A DNA stretch of 64,000 nucleotides from Candidatus Krumholzibacteriia bacterium. Lineage in GTDB: Bacteria; Krumholzibacteriota; Krumholzibacteriia; LZORAL124-64-63. The position numbers and the translations under genes were made by a program. The notes beneath the pieces are model-generated. The model did not search any database, was not told the origin of the DNA, and saw only the letters and a program-made list of their open reading frames with translations. The stretch spans positions 33,491 through 97,490 of the forward strand of contig JAWOID010000061.1 of assembly GCA_046484865.1 (NCBI GenBank), given 5' to 3'. Each line of letters opens with the position of its first letter. The first letter of the stretch is position 1. This document shows, piece after piece, positions 27,433-36,700 of this stretch.

Positions 27433-29847
27433 ATGGTCGCCAGAATCTGCTTTTGGGCGATCCTCGTGTTCTCGATCTCGGCCGAGACCGCACGGGCCCT
27501 GCCAGCTACCGGTCTCCCCACGAACGGGACTGAGCTGGGAGCCGAACGCTGGTGCTACGACTACGCAGCGCACAACGGAGTGATCTCTCACGTCCGGCTT
27601 CCCTTCAAGGTCCACCAGCTGGCCGTCGACGGGAACATCGCGTACATGCTCCAGGAATGGCCCCCTGCGCTGAAGGTGATCGATCTGGCCCGGCTCGAGG
27701 AGCCCGTGGAACTGAGCACCGTTCCGATGAGCGACTTCCCTAACCAGCTCTCCCTCGTGGACGGACGACTGTACGTCGGTTCGCAGCAGGGACTCCGGAT
27801 CATCGACGTCGCCGTCCCCGGCGCACCGGTCATCCTCGGCTATCTCGAGCTCAACGCCATCTATGACTGGGTCGTGCGCGGCGACTGCATCTACGTGGCG
27901 AACGGATACCGTACATTCAGCGTGGTCTCCGTGGCGGATCCCGCCGCTCCCGCAGTCGTCGCCAGCTTACCTGTCGCGGGGACCGCGTGCGAGGTGCTCC
28001 TGCACGGCGAGCACGTGATCCTCTCGGATCGGCAATCCCTGCGGATCTACGACGTGACCACACATGACAGTCCGTTGCAGGTGGGGATGTTGGAGGCGGA
28101 CTGGACCCCGTGGGACGCCGTCATGATCGGGGATCTCGCAGTCTTCGCTGCGCGCGACGCCGGCCTGCGGATCGTCGACGTCTCCGATCCTGCGCATCCG
28201 CGGGAGGGGCCGTCCTTCACCGGGATCGATTGCTTCCGGGTGGCCGGCGCCGGCGGGCACTGCTTCTTTTCCGACCCGGAGCGGGGTCTGGGCAGCGTCG
28301 ACTTGACCGAGCTGCCCGAATTCGAACCACGCCCGTTCGTGACGTATTGCTCGGATGTGTACGCCATCATCCCTCGCGAGGATCTGCTGCTGCTCCAGGT
28401 GCGCAGCCGGGATCTCGTGCTGTTCGATCCGCGCGTGGCTCCGCCTCGGCTGGTGCCGGAACCGCTGCTGCCTGACCTGGGGTTCACCCGCTGGAACCTG
28501 GTGTCCCACGGGGCATTCGTCTACGCCTCTTACCGGACGGGAGTCGCGTCACGGCATCAGCAGGGCATGGAGATCATCCATGCTCCCCCGGGACGAGCGG
28601 CCGTGACCATGTCGCGGGTCCCGCTGACAGCCGTGCCGTGTGCAACCGTGATCCGGGGCAACGTAGCGTATGTCGCCTCGGTGTCGGACGGCCTGGTGAT
28701 CATCGACGTGAGCGACCGCGAAGCCCCGACGATTTTCGCACGGCTGGAACGATGGCCGGTTGCGGGAGCATCGGATGTGGACGTGGTCGGCGCGACCGCG
28801 TACGTGAGCACCGCGATGGTGGGCAACTTGGACGGTCGCGTGGTGGCGGTGGACGTCGGCGATCCTGAACGTCCCCGCGTGCTGAGCAGCATCCCGATGG
28901 CCGGCAACGTGAATTTGGTGACTGCTGACGAGCACAGGATCATGGCCTACAACGCCAGTTTCCTGCGTATCCTGACGGATGAAGGCCGGACGAGCGGGGC
29001 CGAACATTCGCTGAGGCTGCGAGGCTCCATCCACCTGGACGAAGGACCGCCTCAGTCGTTGCTCATGCGGGGAGACGTCGTCTACGTCGCGACGACTCGT
29101 TGCGTCCACGTCGTCGACGTGTCCGATCCGGACGATCCTCGTCTCCTGAGCCGCTGGCTGCCTATCGACACCGATATGTATGTCACCCAGGCCGACCTGT
29201 GCGACGACATCCTCTATCTCGGCGCGCTCCGCCACGGGACCTCGATCGTGGACGTGAGCGATCCGAGAAGCCCGCAGCTGCTGGGCTTCATCCCGACCGA
29301 CGCCAAGGTCACGGGTGTGGCCGCCCGGAGCTTGCCGCCTGCGCCCGAAACCCAGGAGGGTCGGGTGATCTCGGACGGCCCGGGGCGCAGCCGCGGGGTT
29401 GCTCGACCGGAGCGGCTGTTCGTCAGCTACTACGACGGTGCCTCCGAGGCCTGGCCCATCCAGTGCTCCGGCCGATCGGTCCCGCCACCCGACGATCCCG
29501 TCCCGCCCCGGCCGCAGGCGACCTTGCGGGTCGATTGCAGCGGAGGCCTCTCCGGGATCCCCGGCACGTCGGCTTCCGCAGCGGTGGGGAACGCCGTGCT
29601 CACCGGGAATGGCCAGGCGACGATTCGCTTCGCGCTCGATCGCCCGCAGACCATCCGGTTGCGCGTGTACGATCTGGCCGGCCGGCGCGTCGCCGATCTG
29701 GCGGACGGCTGGCGCGCCGCCGGGCCACAGGTCGTGAACTGGTCCGGTCGCGACCGCCAGGGGCGGTCGGTCCCCAGCGGCATCTACCTGCTGCGGCTGG
29801 AAACCGCGTCGGGGACCCTCGGCGCCAAGCTGCCGGTCGTGCGGTGA
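27433..29847 (+). CDS. Secreted LVIVD-repeat beta-propeller protein with degenerate FlgD-Ig CTD
   Basis: RBS GGGAGG; signal peptide; many repeats of the GLRIVDVSDPxxP type; C-terminal LRVYDLAGRRVADL...WSGRDRQGRSVPSGIYLLRL. Confidence 0.87.
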   Translation: MVARICFWAILVFSISAETARALPATGLPTNGTELGAERWCYDYAAHNGVISHVRLPFKVHQLAVDGNIAYMLQEWPPALKVIDLARLEEPVELSTVPMSDFPNQLSLVDGRLYVGSQQGLRIIDVAVPGAPVILGYLELNAIYDWVVRGDCIYVANGYRTFSVVSVADPAAPAVVASLPVAGTACEVLLHGEHVILSDRQSLRIYDVTTHDSPLQVGMLEADWTPWDAVMIGDLAVFAARDAGLRIVDVSDPAHPREGPSFTGIDCFRVAGAGGHCFFSDPERGLGSVDLTELPEFEPRPFVTYCSDVYAIIPREDLLLLQVRSRDLVLFDPRVAPPRLVPEPLLPDLGFTRWNLVSHGAFVYASYRTGVASRHQQGMEIIHAPPGRAAVTMSRVPLTAVPCATVIRGNVAYVASVSDGLVIIDVSDREAPTIFARLERWPVAGASDVDVVGATAYVSTAMVGNLDGRVVAVDVGDPERPRVLSSIPMAGNVNLVTADEHRIMAYNASFLRILTDEGRTSGAEHSLRLRGSIHLDEGPPQSLLMRGDVVYVATTRCVHVVDVSDPDDPRLLSRWLPIDTDMYVTQADLCDDILYLGALRHGTSIVDVSDPRSPQLLGFIPTDAKVTGVAARSLPPAPETQEGRVISDGPGRSRGVARPERLFVSYYDGASEAWPIQCSGRSVPPPDDPVPPRPQATLRVDCSGGLSGIPGTSASAAVGNAVLTGNGQATIRFALDRPQTIRLRVYDLAGRRVADLADGWRAAGPQVVNWSGRDRQGRSVPSGIYLLRLETASGTLGAKLPVVR

Positions 29848-30223
29848 CGAGCGCATTCGGGACCTAGGCTAGGGGTCCGCGACAGACGGTCGGCGGTCGC
29901 TCGGCTGGTGGCCGCTGCATGGGGTCGGCCGTTCTGGTCGGGGTTACGTCAGCGGCGGAAGCTCCGGCGGCTGGCCGGCTGTCCGGAGGATGGGAGAGAC
30001 TCTATCGGCTCGGCCGAGCAGCGGTCCCGTGCCCGAGGGTCTCGAGTTGCTCGAGTTCCTCAAGGAAGACAGCACGAAGCTGCCCGGAAAAAGGGACGGG
30101 TTGGTCTTCTTCGTAGCGCCAGTCGATACCCTCTGAAGCCTGCCATGATCTTTTGGATTTTTGCCAGAAGCCTCTACACGCCCCCCTTCCCGTTTGGTGA
30201 CAAGCGCGGCCTACCCCGTCCGT

Positions 30224-30266
30224 CGATCCTCCGCCCCACCCCACCTTCTACCCCTTCACACTCCCC
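30224..30266. repeat. Direct repeat copy 2 (contains the functional malG stop codon)
   Basis: Same 27-mer as 27248-27274, plus the last codons of malG (GSVKG*). Confidence 0.9.
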
Positions 30267-31231
30267 AACGTGAGCCCCGAGACCAGGAACCGGTTCAGCA
30301 CCAGGAACAGCCCCACCACCGGAATGCACACCAGCAGCGAACCGGCGGCGTAGTTCGCCCACTCGGTCTGGAAGGTGGTGAACAGCGACTCCAGCCCCAG
30401 CGGCAGGGTCATCCGGTCGGCGCTCGTGAGCATCACCCGGGCCACCATGAACTCGCTCCAGCCGGCCATGAAGCTGAACAGGCCGGTGATCACCAGGGCG
30501 GGGGCGCTCAGCGGTAGCGTCACGTGCAGGAACGCCCGCAGGCGGTCGCAGCCGTCGATCAGGGCGGCCTGGTCGAGGTCGCGCGGGATCGTGTCGTAGT
30601 AACCCTTCATCGTCCAGATGCAGAAGGGCAGCGCGGTCGCCACGTAGGCCACCACCACGCCCGCCAGCGTGTCTACCAACTGCAGCTTGCGCATCAGGAG
30701 ATACAGCGGCAGCAACAGCATCGTCGCGGGGAACATCTGGGTCATCAGGATGCCCTGCAGCGCCGCGCCCTGGCCGCGGAAGCGGTACCGCGACAGCGCG
30801 AAGCCGCCCAGCGACGCCAGGCCGACCCCGATCAGCGCCGTCGACGTGGCCACGAGCAGCGAGTTGCGCATCCACAGCAAGAACGGCTTCTCGGTGAGCA
30901 TGATGCGGTAGGCGTCGAGCGTGGCGCCCTCCGGAATCAGCCGCAAGCTCGTGGAGTAGAGCTGGTCGCCCGGCCGCAGGCTGATGGCGACGATCTGCAT
31001 GATGGGGAAGACCGCGAACAGCACGAAGATCCACACGCCCACGTGCACGGCCACCGCGCTCACGAAGCGGCGCCGGCGCAGGCGGGTCCGGCGGCGCTGC
31101 CGATCGGCGTCGCGGCGCGGGCCTTCCCGCTCCCCGCGACCTTGTCCTTCGTCCTGCCCCAGGTCCTGCCCCTGGTCCCGCACCGGCGGAACGAAACCGC
31201 GGGCCACGAGCGGGCCGCCGCGTCGCGTCAT
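30248..31231 (-). CDS. malG: Sugar ABC transporter permease, MalG-like
   Basis: NSLLVA, LSRYRFRG, QMFP, EAA-loop KGYYDTIPRDLDQAALIDGC, TLPLGL and C-terminal GLTLGSVKG. The start overlaps the malF stop (ATGA). Confidence 0.93.
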   Translation of the reverse strand: MTRRGGPLVARGFVPPVRDQGQDLGQDEGQGRGEREGPRRDADRQRRRTRLRRRRFVSAVAVHVGVWIFVLFAVFPIMQIVAISLRPGDQLYSTSLRLIPEGATLDAYRIMLTEKPFLLWMRNSLLVATSTALIGVGLASLGGFALSRYRFRGQGAALQGILMTQMFPATMLLLPLYLLMRKLQLVDTLAGVVVAYVATALPFCIWTMKGYYDTIPRDLDQAALIDGCDRLRAFLHVTLPLSAPALVITGLFSFMAGWSEFMVARVMLTSADRMTLPLGLESLFTTFQTEWANYAAGSLLVCIPVVGLFLVLNRFLVSGLTLGSVKG

Positions 31232-32130
31232 CGGTACGCCTCCTGCTCCGCCACGCGGCGGTAGCCCTGGACGATGAGCGCCAGCACCAGGAAGATGAAG
31301 ACGCCGAACGCCGCCGCGTAGCCGTAGCGGTAGTAGAAGAACGCAGCCTTGTAGACGTAGGTCACGAGGATGTGCGACCGGTCCGCCGGCAGTCCTCCGT
31401 CCGTCACCAGCCAGATCACGTTGAGGTTGTTGAACGTCCAGATCGTCCCGAGCACCAGCGCCGGCAGGAGCACCGGCCTGAGCATGGGCAGGGTGATCGA
31501 GAAGAAGCGGCGCACCGGGCCGGCGCCGTCGATCTTGGCCGCCTCGTACAGTTCGGCCGGGATCGACTGCAGACCGCCCAGTGCCACGACCATGATGAAC
31601 GGAAAACCGAGCCAGATGTTGGTGATGGTGGCCGCGGCGAAGGCCCAGAGCTCGTCGCTGAACCAGGTGACGGGGCCCGCGCCGACTCGCGCCAGCAGCA
31701 GGTTGATCGCTCCGTACTCGGCGTTGAACATCCCGCGCCAGGTCAGCGCCGAGATGTACTGCGGCATGGCCCACGGCAGGATCAGCAGCGCCCGGTACAG
31801 CGGCCGGCCGGGAAGGTGCTGGTTCAGCAGCAGCGCCGCTCCCAGTCCCAGGGTGAAGTGGAAGATCAGGTTGATCGTGGTCCAGGCGATCGTCTTGCCG
31901 AAGATGCGCCAGAAGTCGGGCTCGGTGAACAGCCTGCCGTAGTGCCGCAGGCCCACCAGTTCGGGGTCGCGGAAGTGGAACATGTTCCAGTTGGTCAGGG
32001 AGACGTACAGGTTGTAGAAGAACGGATACGCCACCACCCCCGTCAGCACCAGCGCCGACGGCAGCAGGAACCAGAAGGCCAGACGCACGTCGCGCCGCTC
32101 GCTCGCCGGCATTCCTCGCGCCCGGGCCAT
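31228..32130 (-). CDS. malF: Sugar ABC transporter permease, MalF-like
   Basis: YRALLILPWAMP, NIWLGFPF, LQSIPAELYEAAKIDGAG, ITLPML and FNNLNVIWL. Confidence 0.93.
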   Translation of the reverse strand: MARARGMPASERRDVRLAFWFLLPSALVLTGVVAYPFFYNLYVSLTNWNMFHFRDPELVGLRHYGRLFTEPDFWRIFGKTIAWTTINLIFHFTLGLGAALLLNQHLPGRPLYRALLILPWAMPQYISALTWRGMFNAEYGAINLLLARVGAGPVTWFSDELWAFAAATITNIWLGFPFIMVVALGGLQSIPAELYEAAKIDGAGPVRRFFSITLPMLRPVLLPALVLGTIWTFNNLNVIWLVTDGGLPADRSHILVTYVYKAAFFYYRYGYAAAFGVFIFLVLALIVQGYRRVAEQEAYR

Positions 32131-32157
32131 GGTTCACGCCTCCTTCCAGCCGGTTCC

Positions 32158-33465
32158 CTACTCCCGCATCCGTTCGATCTCGCGCTCGGCACGTTCCTGC
32201 ATCCTGCGCGCGGCCTCGGCCGGCTCGAGCTTGCCGCTCAGGACACCCTGGTAGTACGGACGCATGGCGTCCCAGATGGCGCGCATCTCCGGCACCACCG
32301 GCATCAGGCGGCCCTTCTCGATCTGCCGGCGCGAAGCCTGCTGCAGGGCGTCGTCGGCCACCCGGGGATCGGCACGAGCCGCTAGGTCGGCCGGCAGGGT
32401 GCCCAGGGCCAGCGCCAGGTCGATCTGCACCTGCGTGGAGGTGAGATACCGCAGCAGGGCGACGGTGCACTCGCGAGTCGCCGGGTCCAGATAGCGGTTC
32501 ACCGAGTAGCACTTGGCCGAGGTCATCGGGCTCGGCCACAGTCCCGTCGCGCTCACCCGCGGCAAGGGCGCCAGCTCGATGTCGATGCCCCCCGCGCGAT
32601 ATCCCTCCCACGACCACGGGCCGTTGATGATGTAGGCCGCCCGGCCCTCCTTGAAGAGCGTATCGGCCAGCGGATAGTCGCATTCGCGCGGCACCACGCC
32701 CGCAACCGTCAGCTCGCGCATGAAGCTCAGTGCGCAGGTCATGGCCTCGCCGGCGAGGGTCGGCTCGCCCCGATCGTCCATCACCCAGCCGCCGCAGCCG
32801 CCCAGCCAGGGCACGAGCCAGAACGGCTCGATCATGTTGAAGACCAGCCCGTAGCGGTCGGTGCGTCCGTCGCCGTCCAGGTCGCGCGTGACCGCCCGCA
32901 GCTGCGCGAGCCAGGCGTCGGTGTCGGTGGGAATCGAATCCACCAGTGCGCGGTTGGCCACCAGCGTCAGGTGGTTGCCCACCTGGTCGGGCAGGCCGTA
33001 CACCCGGTCATCGAGGACGGGCAGCGCCTCGGGCGCAAAACGCTCCAGTTCGCCCGGCGGCAGGATCTCGTCCATGGGCAAGATCAGGCCCATGATGGCG
33101 AAGGGGCCCACGTTGTCGGCCGGTCCGTAGACCAGGTTCGGCCCCCCGTAGGCCAGGGCCGCGGTCTGGAACTGGGTGCGCAGGTCCTCGATCCGGTAGT
33201 GGCTGCGCGTGATCGCGAACCCGTCGAACTCGGGGTGTTCGGCCCGGAAAGCCGCGATGTGGGCGTCGAGCAGGGCCTGCTCGCCGGGATCCATCTGCTC
33301 CCAGATCACGACCGACGATGCCCGGTCGGCGCGGTCACAGCCGGTGCCGGTCGCCAGCGCGAGGGCGGCGGCCGCCAGCAGCGCGAGCGCGAGGCCGCAC
33401 CGCACCCGCCGGTGGCGGGAGAATCGAGAGAGGCGACGGCCTCGACTGCCGGAGGAGCGTTCCAT
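32158..33465 (-). CDS. malE: Maltose/maltodextrin ABC transporter substrate-binding protein (possible lipoprotein)
   Basis: Hydrophobic signal ending TGC; GPNLVYGPAD, FKEGRAAYIINGPW and MPVVPEMRAIWD, typical of MalE/MdxE family 1 SBPs; adjacent to malFG. Confidence 0.88.
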   Translation of the reverse strand: MERSSGSRGRRLSRFSRHRRVRCGLALALLAAAALALATGTGCDRADRASSVVIWEQMDPGEQALLDAHIAAFRAEHPEFDGFAITRSHYRIEDLRTQFQTAALAYGGPNLVYGPADNVGPFAIMGLILPMDEILPPGELERFAPEALPVLDDRVYGLPDQVGNHLTLVANRALVDSIPTDTDAWLAQLRAVTRDLDGDGRTDRYGLVFNMIEPFWLVPWLGGCGGWVMDDRGEPTLAGEAMTCALSFMRELTVAGVVPRECDYPLADTLFKEGRAAYIINGPWSWEGYRAGGIDIELAPLPRVSATGLWPSPMTSAKCYSVNRYLDPATRECTVALLRYLTSTQVQIDLALALGTLPADLAARADPRVADDALQQASRRQIEKGRLMPVVPEMRAIWDAMRPYYQGVLSGKLEPAEAARRMQERAEREIERMRE

Positions 33466-33769
33466 GGCGCGCTACTGTACACCGGCTGTCTCGCGCGGAC
33501 AACCTGTGCGCGCTGGGCGATGCGCCCTGGCTCGGCCGTCCTGCGATGCCCCGGGCCCGACCGTCGCGCGATGCGCGCTGGCTCGGTCGTCGCACGCACA
33601 TTCTTCGCTCCCCGGCGGTTTTCGTTGCACGCCGCCGACCACGTGCTCTAAGGTACGCCCTGGCCGCACACCCGCGGTCCAGCGAGAGCGGACGGATCTG
33701 CCCTCGAGCGCGCCCGGCCCTGCCCGACGGCGCTGCACCTGCCACGGACTCACCGTTCGAGTCGGGACC

Positions 33770-36700
33770 ATGCCGCTGCCCACATTCGTGAAGCGCAACA
33801 CCGGCGACGCCCGCCCGCACGGCCGCGGCCGCGCCCGCGGACACCGCGGAGCCCTGTCCGCCAGCGGCGCCATGCCGCCGCGGGCGCTGCTCGGCATCGC
33901 CGTCGTCGCCCTGCTCCTGCTGGTGGGCACCTCGGCGCACGCCGACCCGCTGCACACCCCGACCATCGACGGCATCATCGCGGGCGACGGCCTGGACTGG
34001 TCACCGGCCGACCGCGTGATCGACGATCAGGCCGACGACAACACCGGAATCACCGCCAACCTGCGCCGGCTCTGGCTCACCTGGGATGCCGACAACCTCT
34101 ACGTCGGCATCACCTACCAGGATTTCGGAGCCCTCGAGGGGCTGCGGGTGATCCTCGATCTTGACCGCGGGGCCGGCCCCGCCGATCTCAGCCTGCTCGA
34201 TATGTGGCCGGTCCCGGCGTTCCTGCCCGACGGCCACGGCGCCGACCTGCTGATCGGCCGCGACGATCCCGAGGACTTCCCCGGCGCCCCCCCGACGGTC
34301 CGCCGCGTCGACGACGCTTCGGGCGCGACCACCGACATCACCGGCGCCTGCACGGTGGCGCAGGCCTACGACACCGGCGCCGCCCTCGCCACGGCGCGTT
34401 TTCCGTTCTGGATGAACGCCGAGCTGGCGATCCCCTGGAGCGAGATCTATCCCGGCGGCGGCTCGCCGCCCGCGCGAGCCGTGCTGAAGGCGGTGGCCAT
34501 GGTCACCCGCGGCGGCGGCTCCGACGTCACCGACGTGGCGCCGAACAACGACCTGGCGGGCGATCCGCCCTACCACCTCGCCCTGCTGCACGCCTCGATC
34601 CTCGATGCGGACGGAGACGCCACCATCGACCGCAGCGACGCCGCGATCGCCGGCGAGGTCGTCCTGCCGCAGGACCCCGGCGACGTGCCGCTGATCGTGT
34701 CGGCAACCCTGGTCGACTGGCCCGGCCGCGACCCGGGTGGTGCGCTCTCCCGCACGGTCACCGCGATCGGCGAGCGCAGCTACGCGCTGCCGCGTCTGCC
34801 CGCGGGGCGCTACGAGGTGACCGCCGGCGCCGAGGGCTACCTGGACGCGACGGCAACGGTCACGGTCGGCCCGGGCGAGCAAGCCACCGCCCCTCTACTC
34901 ACCCTCGCCCGCGCCACCGCCATCGCCGGCACGGTCGGATTCGCCTCCGGACCCGGCGCCGCGACCACGATCGTGCTCCGTGATGCGAGCGGCGCCGAAC
35001 TGGCGCGAAGGGCCCTTTCCGCCGCCGGCGGGTCCTACCGCGTGTACGTGGCCGAGAGCGGCACCTACATCCTGCGGGTGGAGGCGCCCACCTACCTGCC
35101 CCAGGAGCGCTCGCTCGCGGTGATCGCCGGGGAGGACCTCGCGGGGGTCGACTTCCTGCTCGAGCGGCAGACCGAGATCTCCGGCACGGTCGGCTTCCTG
35201 AGCGGGCCGGGTCGCGCCGGAACGATCGGCCTGCGGACCGGCACCGGCGACCTGGTCGGCAGCGCCGACTTCCCGTTCAACGGCGGTCCCTTCACGTTCT
35301 TCGTCGCCGCCGGCGGCGAGTACGAGCTGAGCGCGAAGGCACCCACCTATCTCGCCGCGGATACCAGCCTGGTGGTGACCCTCGGCAACCCCGTCACCGG
35401 CCTCGAGCTCCTGCTGCCCCGCGCGCCCCTGGTCAGCGGCACGGTCGTGCTCGAGGGTCCGGACGCCGCCGGACAGGTGCGGATCACGGAACTGGCCACC
35501 GGGCTCGCCGACACAATTTCGGTGGTGGCATCCGGCGCGGTCTTCGCGTTCCATCGCGATCTCGGCGATCACCGCCTGCAGATCGCCGCCACGGGTTACG
35601 TCCCCTGGGACTCCGTGCTGGCCATCGGCAGTCCCGCCGACGTGCCCCTGGGCGACATCTTCCTGCGCGCGGTCCGCGCCTCCCGCCTGGCGCTGATCGA
35701 CGGCGAGGGCGAGGAGATCGCCCGCGTCGACGCCACCGTCTCGTTGCCCGGCCAGGACGTCCTGGCGCCGGTGCGCCTGGCGGCGCGTGACGGCGCCGGA
35801 CGTGACGACCTCTACGACCTGGACGGCCGCCTGAACGGCTACCGGGTGCGCGCCACCAAGCTCGATGACGTGTCGCCGCCCACCGGCAGCGTCAGCTTCC
35901 ACGCCAGCGAGGACCTGGGCGACACGCTGCGGCAGCTCGATTTCGCCGGCGGGCGCGCGGTCTTCTGGGCGCGCGACGACCAGGTGGAAGTGCTGCGCCT
36001 CTGGGTGGAGAACGACGGGGAGGCGCCGGACCTGCGGCTGCCGGTGCGGTTCGGCGATCCTCAGCCCGCCACGGTGGTTCTGACCGCGGAACGCGACACG
36101 CTGGTCACCGACGGCGCCGACGCCGTGGCGATCACCGCCCGGCTCTTCGACTCGGCCGACAATCCGAGCCGGCGCGCGGGCATCCCGGTGGCATTCTCGC
36201 TGGCGAGTTCATCGTCCGGCACAGGCAGCTTCGAGCTGGCGACGGTCGTCACGAACGCCGACGGCGTGGCCGTGGGCACGCTGACCGCGACCGGGGCGGG
36301 CATGCTGCAGATCGACGCCACGGTGGTGGTCGACAACCGCACGCTCGCGGTCGCCGCCGGTTCGCTGCACAGCGGCGAGGCGCTGTTGCCGGTGACGGCC
36401 GTCGCGGGACCCACGGCCGCCTGGCGGATCATGCTGCCGACGAATCTGGGCGACCTCGCCTCGCCGGTGGCGGTGACCGCCCAGCTCGTGGACGCCTACG
36501 GCAACCCGACCCGGCGCGCCGGCGAGGCGATCACGTTCTCGGCGACGCCGAGCGCGCTGGGAGCCTGCGCGCCGCCCACCGCCGTGTCCGATGCGGGGGG
36601 CCGCGCTGCCACGGCGTTCGTGCCCGCCGGGGCCGCCGGTGTCGTGAGGATCTCCGGAGCGAGCGCGGGCCTGCCCGTGGAGGGCGTCTCGCTGCAGCTC

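Larger units (their letters stand above)
27248..30266. mobile_element. Putative ~3 kb insertion (cargo-only islet) bounded by direct repeats at the malG 3' end
   Basis: Direct repeats at both ends; a single unrelated gene on the opposite strand with visibly more A/T-ending codons; no integrase or transposase inside. Confidence 0.5.

Noticed and set aside
29850..30223. AT-richer spacer with a short minus-strand ORF (30002..30244) as a possible integrase or pseudogene remnant
   Set aside because: No recognisable recombinase or transposase motif and no convincing start or RBS, so it is left unannotated.
30248..32683. 811-aa ORF suggesting an extended MalG
   Set aside because: The upstream part is an off-frame read through malF and malE. 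The true start is at 31231, coupled to the malF stop.
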